64,000 nucleotides of DNA from Eledone cirrhosa (Eukaryota): positions 275,776,001 to 275,840,000 of the forward strand of contig OZ024740.1 of NCBI GenBank assembly GCA_964016885.1. The letters run 5' to 3'. The notes under the pieces were generated by a model, which ran no database searches, had not been told where the DNA came from, and worked only from the letters and a program-made list of their open reading frames with translations. The translations under genes were made by a program, and so were the position numbers. Positions 49,941 through 61,867 of this stretch are shown piece after piece (the first letter of the stretch is position 1; every line of letters starts with the position of its first letter).

Positions 49941-52849
49941 AGAACGATAATAGCTTTATTCATGGTTTAACTGTTCTTTATTTATAGAAACTATGTAATT
50001 TGAAACTGTTTTCTTGTTCATCATCACCATCATCGTGTTTATGTCCATTTTTCAAAACTTTCATGGATTGAATGGGCCTTTTTCTGCACAATATCTCTCC
50101 ACTCACCACAGTCTTTTGTCATCTCTTCTGTGAGTCTCAGTGATTTGAGATCAGCTCTCACCACCTCTGCCCATGTCTTCCTTGGTCTAACTCTACTGCA
50201 GCTTCCTTTCCTGGCACTTCTTCATTCAGCAATCAATATGTGTATCAATAAAGTCTTAGTCAACTGATGAAGAAGATCTTATGTCCTCAAAAGACAGGAG
50301 AGTCATAGATGAAATACTTTTGATCATAAGTCTGCTTGATTAGGGTTGACAACAACAATAAAAACCATTTCCTTTGATTCCCTTTGAGCTAATGAAATGA
50401 CCTTTATGTGACTGTTTAATCTGCTAGAAATAGCAGCTAAATCAACAGCCTAAAGCAGTAATTCTCAAGCAGAAGCCAAATGTCTCCCAGGAGAAGAATT
50501 TGGTAAGAATGTTAGTCAGAGAAGGAATTCTAACTGAGAAAGAACAGTGTACATTGTATATATATATGTCAAATGAAATACCAATATACCCAACTATAAC
50601 GATGATCATGAATTAACAGCTTACAAACAATTGCTGCTTCAGACATAATCCAGTTTTGGAATAGACAAATTATTGAGTTTTGAAAAGCATGTTCATGTTA
50701 ATATGATGCTTATGTGAAAGGTTACCAGATGACAATTCAAAATTGAAAAGATCTGGGATCTCTGAGAACCACTACCTACAAGTATTAAATGAAATGGGAA
50801 AAAAGAATATTACATAATATAGAGGGAGATAAAATATGTCTGAAGTGATAGAAAGGCTACACTTTTGATCATAGGTCTACATGATCAGAGGATGACTAAA
50901 CAGCCCGAGACTGTTTCACAGTTTGGTGGGTAGGGAGTAAAGAAAATAAATAAAAACTCACTAACATCACTACCAACAGCAACAACAACTATATTATTGA
51001 TGTATATATTTATATATCATCATCATCGTTTTACATCCATTTTCCCATGCTGACATTGATAAGACGAGTTGTCCTGTTCTGGGCAATGTTAGGTCAGGTG
51101 ACCATGTCTTGCTCATACAGAACTGATTTTGGTTTGGTTTTTACAGCTGGATGCCAACCTATTTACAGTGAGTACTGGGTGCTTTTTGTCATGATACCTC
51201 CACGACCACTTTGCAATGTAAACTGGGTACTTTTTGTTGTGATACCATCATGACTACTTTACAGTGTTTCAGCCTGTCCTCATGAGTGCTGTATGGGAGG
51301 GTGGTGTGGGCTGGTGCATACTGTATATATACTTCAGCTTCAGCCTGTGCCCATGGGGAGTCGGGTCTTCTATAATACCACATAACGCCAGAGATCTCGG
51401 TCCTGTGTCATCGCCTTTGAGAGGGGCAATTGGGCAATGTCAGCGTTTATAACTTCATCCCAAGTGTTCCTGGGTCTCCACACTCCAAGGCTTCTGTTGA
51501 CTTCGAGTGCTCTGCACCTTTTTATGCAGCTGTCATCCTTCATACACATGCCATTGCACCACTAGCAACAAATGAGCAAATGAGAGAAACTTTATGTGGT
51601 CTACCGAACTTGTTAGAAATAGCAGCTAAATCTCCTTATAATTACACTGAACTGTTTCAGAAAAGGATTCAGGAAATTTAGTGTTTCTGCGTTGCCTGCA
51701 GTAGGGATAAAGAGGGTATAGGTCAGTTCAATAAGGGTTGTAATATGTTTAAGCATCAACAACAAAGGCAAAGAAGGAAAAAACAGCTGTACATGGCTGC
51801 TAGACCTGTTAGAAATAACATCAACATCTCTCTGAAATTACAGCACTAAAGGTTTAAAAGATATGGAAGGAAGCATTAGATATACGACATGCTCGTAATA
51901 AATCTACACATTCACAAACCAGCCTGAGATAAACAACAGCAGCAACAGCAACAACAACAATAACAACAAGAAGAAAAATAAGAAGAATTAAGAGCAACAA
52001 CTAAGCAATATGAATTATAATAATTGAAGCTGAATAAAAGAAGCACACAGGGTTGGAAGTTCTATCATGCCTGCCAAGCTGAGTAAAAGGAGAAAGAAAG
52101 AAAAAGCAAGATGTTTATGTTGTTTTCATTTATTTATTACATATTTATTTCATAAATCTAAGTGAAGTGGGTACTTAGAAAGAAAGACCTCCCACATTTT
52201 CGAAGGGATACCCCTTGTAATCTCCGCCCCTTTTGTCAGCTCCATGAAAAATTTGGCAGGTTAACATGGTAGGAACAGCTGTTATCATTTCAACTTTTAA
52301 TCCCCTGCCCTTGTTTGGTTGTATCTATCTGTATGTATGTAGCTTATACATAAATACATACACGTATGTGTTTGCACGTATATATATATATATATATACA
52401 TGCATACATATATACATGTGTCTGTATGTGTATATATATATATATAAGTATATATATATATACATATACATAGATATAAATATACATATATATGTATATA
52501 TATATACACACACATATACACATATATATATATACACTTATACATATATATATGTGTGTGTGTGTGTGTGCGTGTGTATATATATGTATGTATACATGTA
52601 TGTAAGTGTAGTATCCGTAAAAAAATGACAAAGTATATTTCTGTCTTCTTTCTATAACTTATAATGTTTTAGCTTCAAATCTTGTTCCATTTTCTTCTTC
52701 AGTTCATCTTATCTCCACTTACTCTTCTTCTTAGTTACTCACACAAATACTTCATTGCTTTTTACTTTCCCCCTCTCTCTCTCTCTCTCTCTCTTAATAT
52801 ATATATATATATACTTTTCAAGAGTGTTGTTATAAAATGTGAATGCCTC

Positions 52850-53074
52850 AACAAAAATCACCCTCTCTACACTGTAAAGTGGTCATGTAGGTGTCATGAT
52901 AAAAGGCACCCAGTACACACAGTAAATGTGGTTGGCCTTAGGAAAGGCTTTCAGCTGTAGAAGCCAATCCTAAATCATTTCTTTATAAGCATGACAGTGT
53001 CATCCAGCCTGGCTTGTCTCACAATGAGACAACTTGTCTAAACTATGCTAGTAAGGAAAATGACCGTTAAACAT

Positions 53075-53105
<31 letters not shown>

Positions 53106-53330
53106 ATGTGGAAGATAGACGTTAAACGATGATGATGATGATATCATCACCATTGTTTAATCATCACTTTTCACACTAATATGGGTTGTGACATTTTGAG
53201 ACAAATCAGATCAGGTGACCATGTCTTGCTCATACAGAACTGTTTCTGCCTTGGTTTCTATAGCTGGATGCTCTTCCTAGTGCCAACAATATTTACAGTG
53301 TGAACTGGGCGCCTTTTATCATGGCATCAA
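52850..53330. mobile_element. Tail-to-tail pair of RTE-type 3' ends
   Basis: Plus copy ends in (GAT)n near 53105; minus copy begins (CAT)n near 53143; further tails at 51015-51270(-) and 56776-56950(-). Confidence 0.6.
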
Positions 53331-53892
53331 ATAAAAAACAACTAACAGTTTGGACATGGTATTTTTACTTCATGTAACCAGTATGACTTTCTTACAGAAC
53401 AAGAACTGTTTTGTATCATATGAATGATGTGATCAGTTCTATTGGAAATAATTGTTTCTACTTTAGGCACAAGGCCAGCATTACCCAGTGCATTACTGGT
53501 ACTTTATTTGATCGACCCCGTAAGGATGAAAGGCAAAGTCAACCTCGGTGGGATTTGAACTCAGATCGTAAAGGGACGTAATTATGCTGGAAAGCATGGT
53601 GTCCGACCCTCTACTGATACTGCCAATCCACCCTGTAAAAAAATAAAAAAATAAAAAAATAAAAAGTTCTATTGGAAATAATTTCTATATAAAATAAACA
53701 TGCATCTTCTCTAAAATATACTTAATACCTTATTTAACTATGGTATCTTTCCAACCCTATTTGGAAAACTATCCTTAAGAATATATAAAAATGGCAGATT
53801 CAACAAACATGTGCCTTTTCTCCCAAAACTGTTTATTCTGTTCTGTCCGCTTCTCACTCTCTATCTTTCAATTTCTTCTATCTTTCATTCTA

Positions 53893-53928
53893 TCTTATGA
53901 TGAAGGACCAGTGTCTGAAACATTAAAA
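53893..53928 (+). ncRNA. Degenerate hammerhead (family of 33011)
   Basis: tctt-ATGATGA-aggac-cagt-gtct-GAAA-cattaaaa; downstream CCTGCTATATCAAG shared with ~33055. Confidence 0.5.
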
Positions 53929-54052
53929 CTCTTTTCCTGCTATATCAAGTGTTAAACTAATATATTTCTTCATTATACTGTATTGTTTGCTTTGTTGTAT
54001 CCGTTTACTTTTCACATACACATGAACACACATGCACACACATACACACACA

Positions 54053-54147
<95 letters not shown>

Positions 54148-54522
54148 AGGAAAAGCGAAGTAGTTTCAGATATTCAAGTTCTTTAATAATAATTGTTTCT
54201 ACTTTAGGCACAAGGCCAGCAAATACCCAGTGCATTACTGGTACTTTATTTTATCGACCCCGTAAGGATGAAAGGCAAAGTCAACCGCGGCAGGATTTGA
54301 ACTCAGATCGTAAAGGGACGTAACTATGCTGGAAAGCATGGCGTCCGACCCTCTACCGATACTGCCAATCCACCACCCTTTAGTTCTTTAATAATAATGG
54401 TGTGATATATATTTCAATGGCAAAAGTGGCCACGCTGTTCTGTGTGCGAGTCTCGTGACATCATCAGACATCTTGTTACATAATAAGGTTATGTTTCCGA
54501 GGCAATCCAAATTGAATCGACA

Positions 54523-54590
<68 letters not shown>

Positions 54591-54745
54591 CATATATATA
54601 TATCAACAAATTAAAGTTTGCTTCCATCTCTGTTGATCATAATACGATGACACTAACTGACTCTTTGCTATAAAACATGAATTCCTCAATTCTCTTTTTC
54701 TCCCTCTATTGCCCCTCTATCCCCCCGTCTCTCCTTCTCTCTCTG

Positions 54746-54810
<65 letters not shown>

Positions 54811-55415
54811 ATCTATCTCTGTTGTACAACTCTGTCTCATTTTTACCTCCCTATTTCAACCATGCTGCCTCTTTCTTTCACTTCTCCTTTCATCACTCCT
54901 TGCTTAGTTGATTATCCTATGCTTCTCTTTCCTTTTTGTATCTTACTTTGATAATATCCCATATATCTATTTATTTACGTAATTTGCTCAATTTATTACA
55001 CAAATGTTACCATGTTTCACTTGTCTCAGCACAGCCATTGCTTTCTCCTTCCAATATGACAGAGTGAGAACAACCATGCAACAAACAAATGGGCATGCCA
55101 GTTAGTATTTTTAAGTGTATAAATAAAATAGCCACAAATTTAAGAAACGTACTCAATACTAGATTAAAATGAAGTTGGATATGATATATAAATCTTTATT
55201 TTAGATGACAGCTAAATTACATATGAAAGATCTATTGTTTCATAAGTAATTTTGTTTTCAGCTAACATATAAATTATATGTCCATGTGTGTGTATGTCTG
55301 TGTGTCTGTGTGTATGTATGTGTGTGTATGTGTGTATGTCTGTGAGTCTGTATGTAGGGACAAATATATATACACATATATATATATATATGTGCATATA
55401 TATACACACACATAC

Positions 55416-55496
<81 letters not shown>

Positions 55497-56092
55497 TATA
55501 TATATATATATACTATATTCTTGTATATATCCCTTATGTATGCTAAATAAAATGCCAGACATACTTCATCAAATGTTCAAGTGAAACAGATTAATGTATG
55601 TGTAAGTTTTACATATGTTTAAGTACTAATATATATATATGTATGTATGTATGTATGTAGATTTGTAGGTAGGTATGTGTGTCTGTATGTGTCTGTCTCT
55701 ATTGTGTATAGCTAATGTAGAAATCTGTTTTTTGTATGTGGATATACATGTAGAGTTAGAAATATGTGTATGTGTGTTTGTATAATATGTATGTGTACAC
55801 ACACACATATATATACTTATATATATGTATATATTTATATATATATATATATATATATATGCCATATGTTAAATTGTATTTTTAATGTGTATACCTGAAT
55901 GATGTGTATGCATAAGTTTCTGGGGGCATGAAATTACACACACATATATGTGCACACATATATGTGCACTATGAGGGTTTGTGTGTAAGAAATTATAATT
56001 CAGTCACTGACTTTCTCTGCATAATTGCATATATATCATCATCATCATCATCATTTCATTTTACGTCCGCTTTTTCCCTGCTTGCAAGGAAA

Positions 56093-56337
56093 TATATATA
56101 TATATATAAGACCAGTAATCGCAATATATATATATATATAAGACCAGTAATCGCAATATATATATATATAAGACCAGTAATCGCAATATATATATATATA
56201 AGATCAGTAATCGCAATATATATATATAAGACCAGTAATCGCAATATATATATATATAAGACCAGTAATCGCAATATATATATATATAAGACCAGTAATC
56301 GCAATATATATATATATATAAGACCAGTAATCGCAAG
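56093..56337 (+). repeat. Tandem array 8 x ~28-32 bp of (TA)n-AGACCAGTAATCGCA
   Basis: Directly visible; the last unit runs into the hammerhead element. Confidence 0.95.
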
Positions 56338-56340
56338 CAT

Positions 56341-56397
56341 GGGAGGGTCATCCTGATGAAGACCAGCTAAGTCTGAAATGCATCGACGATTATCCCC
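56341..56397 (+). ncRNA. Type I minimal hammerhead, first of tandem pair
   Basis: gtcatc-CTGATGA-agac-cagctaa-gtct-GAA-A-tgca-TC^gacgat. Confidence 0.85.
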
Positions 56398-56611
56398 CTT
56401 GGCTCTGCGGGACACCACCAGAAAGCATTTTGTAAACATACCATGTTTCTTTAGATAAACGGAATTTCTATACATATCTGTATACAGCTATGCCTGAAGC
56501 TAAATACTAATTCTATTCTATTATTAGTTGAGCAAACTTATGCAGCTTCATATGCACAGATGAGAAACCTATATATTCTCAACTCTTTCCAAGTCCAGCA
56601 GTCACAAGCAT

Positions 56612-56662
56612 GGGAGGGGTCGTCCTGATGAAGACCAGTTAAGTCTGAAATGCATCAACGAT
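56612..56662 (+). ncRNA. Type I minimal hammerhead, second of tandem pair
   Basis: gtcgtc-CTGATGA-agac-cagttaa-gtct-GAA-A-tgca-TC^aacgat; 272 bp downstream of the first. Confidence 0.85.
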
Positions 56663-56772
56663 GCATTACTTCTACTGGAAACAACCAGAGCACGTCAGCC
56701 CCGGTGCTTTTTGCATAACTACAGCTTCCTAAATGTTTACCCTGTAAACATACCGTGTTTCTTTAGAAATAC

Positions 56773-56803
<31 letters not shown>

Positions 56804-57112
56804 GCATCAGCGTTTAACGTCTATCTTCCACGCTAGCATGGGTTTAGATGGGAATTGTCCCACACAAGGCAAGATTGGTCGTCTCGCTCGTATGGGACTG
56901 TCTGGCAGGTTTTCTATGGCTGGATGCCCTTCCTAACACCAACCACGTTTACATATATATATATATATAATTATGGGTGGGTTTTGAATGTGTGTCATAA
57001 GGTAACCACAGTTAAAAGAGTTACTCAAATATGCTAGTAGAGTATAGGCATCTTCGTTTTATATTGAAATAACATCTACAGGACTAGAACCTTTTCATTT
57101 GTATGAAGTTAT

Positions 57113-57174
<62 letters not shown>

Positions 57175-57272
57175 AGTGTGTGCTACTGCTAATTAAATAT
57201 AACCAGCCAAATGTTCATCATGTAAAATTCTATATAGAAGCAAGTCTATCTCCATGCCAGAATAGGTTAAGT

Positions 57273-57325
57273 GAGTGTCACTGATGAAAGATTAACAAAT
57301 CTTGAAACAGTATTGTCTAACATTC
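57273..57325 (+). ncRNA. Type I hammerhead motif
   Basis: gagtgtca-CTGATGA-aagatt-aaca-aatctt-GAA-A-cagtattg-TC^taacattc; GUC triplet. Confidence 0.8.
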
Positions 57326-57576
57326 TCAATGGTACTGACTACTGACAACTCTGTGTTATATTTACAGAGCAAAATACACAAAAGTAGTTTTATTTGATAG
57401 TGAGGCGACACATGTTTATTGAATATAAACTTATAGTATATGTTTATGTATGTTTTCAAATACACTCCTATTATGCTTAAACACTGTCTCAGTGCTACTG
57501 CTAATTAGATATATATATGTATGAATGTATATATGTATGTATGTGTGTATGTATGTATGTATGTATGTATGTATGT

Positions 57577-58030
57577 AGGGCAAAGGAGCTCTTAAGAGTC
57601 AATGGCCATCCAAAATCACCGGGAGAGATGACCCCTTAGCCTTTGTCAAGGCAGAATTCTAGGAGAAGGAAAACTCTGATATAACACCTGCAACCCTGAT
57701 GGTATCCAATGATGTTGACTTTTTCTTCTTTTTGGTAATATCATCTTGGTTAAGAGAGTGGGACTGGCTTTGTGCAGTGCCTTTACTCACTATAAAAGCT
57801 TCACGGCACAGGCATTTTTTTATATCTGGAGATTTCTCTGCACTTGTTATCACATGGTACCATGGGCACAGCACTATGTGTCAATAATTGTCACAAGTGT
57901 AGTGTTTGTACCAGAGTTTTCAAGTCGCTGTCTGGACTAAAAAGTCACACTCGTTCAGCACATCGGTGGGGGTTCTCCTACATGGATATAAAGTAGTGGT
58001 CGTACTCGAAAACGAGTTGGCAGCCACCAT
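57577..58030 (+). mobile_element. Possible RTE 5'-UTR-like non-coding insertion in (TATG)n
   Basis: Unique block between (TATG)n tracts containing CTAGGAGAAGGAAAACTCTGAT, a motif I recall from RTE-clade 5' UTRs. Confidence 0.35.
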
Positions 58031-58141
58031 GTATGTATGTATGCATTGAATATATACATAAATACATACACACACACATATATACATATCTGTATAAAAT
58101 AACAGGAGGCTGGACTGGTGTAATTCTTTAAAAGGTTTATT

Positions 58142-58199
58142 ATACTATGATCATTTCAGTGACCGGGTTCAGTATGAATTCGGTGACATCATCAGGTAT
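58142..58199 (-). ncRNA. Hammerhead motif (left arm)
   Basis: Minus strand: atac-CTGATGA-tgtcaccg..cggtcact-GAA-A-tgatca-TA^gtat. Confidence 0.8.
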
Positions 58200-58390
58200 T
58201 CGAAATATAACAAAGGAATATAATAGACAAAATCCATGGGGCTGAAAATCAGAGACATGAGGGTGGCCGAACATTTAGCAGCTTCTACCCCGGTCGGCCA
58301 CCATCAAGTAAATGAACATCACCAGCAAATGTTCATCATGTAAAATTCTATATAGAAGCAAGTCTATCTCCATGCCAGAATAGGTTAAGT

Positions 58391-58443
58391 GAGTGTCACT
58401 GATGAAAGATTAACAAATCTTGAAACAGTATTGTCTAACATTC
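58391..58443 (+). ncRNA. Hammerhead motif (spacer copy)
   Basis: Identical to 57273-57325. Confidence 0.8.
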
Positions 58444-58606
58444 TCAATGGTACTGACAAATCTGTGTTATATTTACAGAGCAAAATACACAGTGCTACTT
58501 GAGGGTGGCCGACCGGGATAGAAGATGCTAAATGTTCGATTGCCCTCATGTCTTTTATTTTCAGCCCCATGGACTTTGTCTATTATATTCCTTTGTTATA
58601 TTTCGA

Positions 58607-58647
58607 ATACCTGATGATGTCGCCGGTCATTGAAATGATCATAGTAT
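58607..58647 (+). ncRNA. Hammerhead motif (right arm, stem II shortened)
   Basis: atac-CTGATGA-tgtcgccggtcatt-GAA-A-tgatca-TA^gtat. Confidence 0.7.
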
Positions 58648-58834
58648 AATAAACCTTTTAAGGAATACACAAGTCCAGCCTCCTGTTATTTTATAATAAT
58701 TAACTCCGTACTCGCACCACAAACTACACAAACGAAGACGGGTGAGCTGCATTACGTTGAGTGCTCTCCATAATATTACATCGAGATAGAACATACGGAA
58801 TGACCAGTTCTATCCAGTGCTAAACCAACAAACC

Positions 58835-58930
<96 letters not shown>

Positions 58931-59254
58931 GGAGAGAGATGTTTGAATACCATTTTGTTATCTTACAATGTATTGGGAATTTGACATTTGAAAATCTTGT
59001 CACCTCAATGCTGTTAACTACAGTAATAGTTGATAACTATAAATAATAGGCAAATAAATTTGGTAAAGTAAGTCTAGAGATCATTGGTAGAGGGTTCGAC
59101 ACCATGCTTTCTAGCATAGTTACGTCCCTTTACGGTCTGAGTTCAAATCCCGCCAAGGTTAACTTTGCCTTTCATCCTTACGGGGTCGATAAAATATGTA
59201 CCAGTAATGCACTGGGTAATTGCTGGCCTTGTGCCAAAAGTAGAAACAATTATT

Positions 59255-59525
59255 AGCAAAGCAAAATGGAAGTTGGCAAGTCATATTGCCAGAGTGACTG
59301 ACAACAAATGGACAACCCACTTCCCTTTCTGCCCCCCCCCCCCCCCCCCTCCCCAGGATGTCACACAAGAAACTGAGGCTCCCAGAAGACGACTTGGCAA
59401 GATGACCTCGAGAAAATGAAAACATTTTGGCCACAAATGACTCAGGATTGTCAAAGAGGGCACAGTTCAGAGAAGGCCTATGTCCAACAACAGACTTTGC
59501 AGGGCTGAAGATGAAAATGATGATA
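59255..59525 (+). pseudogene. RTE-like LINE C-terminal fragment
   Basis: KAKWKLASHIARVTDNKWT resembles the KWxWAGHxAR..DxRWT motif; ends in a (GAT)-like tail. Confidence 0.55.
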
Positions 59526-59884
59526 AGGATGAAAGTAAAACTGGGGATGGGATCAAGTCACCTGTCGCGAATAGAGTCATGCATCTCTCACATGAAGATA
59601 TCTCTTGTTCGCCATACCCTCGTAAGCTCTACTGTGGTCACCATATATTTTTTTCTAAATGTATATATGTGTGTATTTGTATTTCCATGTAGACGCACAT
59701 ATACTTATATATACGTTTACATACTATTACATATACGCGTGAGTTTGAGAATGTGTATGTTTATGTTTTGGATATTTATTTATATATTTTTTCCCCTCAA
59801 TGTTTTGCTCGTTATTTTACTTCAGCCTCACTTTCATTTATCCTAAACTATGTTTTCAAATCCATATTTAATAAATATTTCATA

Positions 59885-59952
59885 TTATTTTTCTGATGAA
59901 TGAAGGCAGACATGAATATCTGCCTTCAAGAAACCACTAGTAAATGAAATAA
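59885..59952 (+). ncRNA. Hammerhead motif with long stem II
   Basis: CTGATGA-a-tgaaggcaga..tctgccttca-a-GAA-A-ccactag-TA; 10-bp perfect stem II; weak stem I. Confidence 0.65.
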
Positions 59953-60042
59953 TTATCTTATGTTGTTTATTACATAACTAAAAAGCTCTGTAGCCTACAT
60001 AGAGCACTCTCTTTTCCTTTACTTTTCCTACAGAAATACTTC

Positions 60043-60099
<57 letters not shown>

Positions 60100-60102
<3 letters not shown>

Positions 60103-61403
60103 GGTGCAGACGATATTTGTTCGCAAGATTACTTTCTAGGAAAAAATAACAGTAGTTTTATTTTTTAAGATATATTTATCAAACTTGAGTCAGTTTGTCT
60201 TCATGACTTGTTCTTTCGATATCACTCGATAAACCTGCCATTGGCTTTGATGACCGCCTCAAGGCCGTCTCGGAACCGGCTACAGGCCTTCATCACTGTC
60301 CCCCGACTTAGGCCCATAAAGGCACTTGTGATCCTGGCCTTCAGATCGTCTTTCGTATTGCAGCTAGATCTGTTGGTGTCTCGTTCCGCTGCGCCCCACA
60401 CAAATAAGTCGAGGGGTTACAGTCAGGCGAGCTGGGAGGCCAGATGTCAGGTGAAGTGTGGTTGACGAAGTTCTCTGACAGCCAGGCTTGGGTCTTTCGG
60501 TTGGTATGGCAGGGCACTGAGTCTTGCTGCCATACGTACGGCATACCTGCAGCTACCTGGTCGATCCAGGGCTTTACTACCTCGCTCAGAACGTGGATGT
60601 AGCCATCGGTGTTCAGCTTGAGGCCCTCAGGGAAGAAGTGAGGTGGCATGACGTCACCTTGACTGCTGACGACACCTAAGACCAATGTTGTCTCTGGAAA
60701 ATTTGTCTGCATGACTCTGGGCATGTCTTTAGATGAGACAGCAAGCCACCTGTTGTTCTGGGAGTTGATCTTCTGGTCTTGGCAGAAGTTTTTCTCATCG
60801 GAGAAAAACCACAGCATGTCTGGCTCCAGTGGGTGTTTCAACTTGTTGATCAGCTTGTTTGTGTGCTTCAGTCGCTTTTCTTGCATCGCGTTTGACAGAA
60901 ATTGTCCATTCCTCATCGTGTATGAAATGTAGCAAATGTCTTCATGTACCACCAGCCTAATGAGCTTTTCATCCACGCCTTTCTCCCTTGCAATGGCATG
61001 CATCGACTTGCTAGGTTCATTGTTGATGATATCCTGAACTTCAGCGACGAACTCGGGCGTTCTGAAGGCGTCAGATCGTCGATCATGTGTTTTCCTCTCT
61101 GATGTTGCTTCGTAGTCGAATCCTGAATCTTCCAATTCTTTTGTGACCTTTTTCACCATTCTCCGGCTGATGCTAAGAAAGTCTGAAATTTCCTTATTTG
61201 TCCTCCCGGCGCGGATTCCAAGAAGAACTCCGTGTCTCTTCCACAAATTTGGAGGTTCAAAATTATTCATAATCAATTATTCTGAAAATAAATAATGGAA
61301 ATATAGTCACTGTTTTTATGAAGACAAGAGTGACAACGGAAGTAAAAGAAGTTTGCATAAAATTAGCAGTTGAAAATTGCAAACAAATATCATCCACACC
61401 CTA
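60100..61403 (-). mobile_element. Tc1/mariner DD37D (maT) transposon, TIR-complete
   Basis: TIRs CAGGGTGCAGACGATATTTGTTCGCAA / TTGCAAACAAATATCATCCACACCCTA, within TA runs. Confidence 0.93.
60341..61276 (-). CDS. DD37D (maT) transposase, 311 aa, probably altered at the third catalytic Asp
   Basis: N-terminal HTH; FFSDEKNF; WQQDS; WPPSSPDCNP followed by STY instead of LDY, suggesting a local indel. Confidence 0.85.
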   Translation of the reverse strand: MIMNNFEPPNLWKRHGVLLGIRAGRTNKEISDFLSISRRMVKKVTKELEDSGFDYEATSERKTHDRRSDAFRTPEFVAEVQDIINNEPSKSMHAIAREKGVDEKLIRLVVHEDICYISYTMRNGQFLSNAMQEKRLKHTNKLINKLKHPLEPDMLWFFSDEKNFCQDQKINSQNNRWLAVSSKDMPRVMQTNFPETTLVLGVVSSQGDVMPPHFFPEGLKLNTDGYIHVLSEVVKPWIDQVAAGMPYVWQQDSVPCHTNRKTQAWLSENFVNHTSPDIWPPSSPDCNPSTYLCGAQRNETPTDLAAIRKTI

Positions 61404-61408
61404 TATAT

Positions 61409-61749
61409 ATAAGGAAATACAAAGTTAGATGATAAAGTCTTTTATTGATAAGCCCGTGATACATATTTCAAGAACGACATTGGCTGCACAATTCAGCGTA
61501 GAAGCCACTGCCATGCTCTCTTCAGACAATCTTACATAATAAAGTTACAAGGAGATAATCCAAAATTGACACTTCAATTTTGGATTATCTCCAAGGGAAC
61601 AGACAAACAGTGATGTTCATGAATCGAATACCCGCACCCCTGGGAGCAGTGGCTTCTACGCTGAATTGCACAGCCAATGTCGTGCTCAAAATTTGTATCA
61701 CAGCCTTATCGATAAAGGACTTTATCATCTAATCTTTGTATTTCCTTAT
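61409..61749. mobile_element. Fold-back hammerhead element with internal perfect hairpin
   Basis: Arms 61409-61511 / 61646-61749; central GGAGATAATCCAAAATTGA-cact-TCAATTTTGGATTATCTCC. Confidence 0.8.
61454..61529 (-). ncRNA. Hammerhead motif with extended stem II
   Basis: Minus strand: ttgt-CTGAAGA-gagcatggca..tgtcgttctt-GAA-A-tatgta-TC^acgg. Confidence 0.7.
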
Positions 61750-61867
61750 TCTATAAATATTCCGTCAATCCTATGTGGAAAATGCACATTGAGTTCTTGA
61801 ATTGGATTACATCAATCTTTTTACAATATGACTATATATATATACACAATATATTAATAAATGGAAA

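Larger units (their letters stand above)
58093..58695. mobile_element. Fold-back hammerhead element with a captured second hammerhead in the spacer
   Basis: Arms 58093-58310 / 58496-58695; spacer ~58322-58490 is a near-identical copy of ~57203-57379. Confidence 0.85.
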
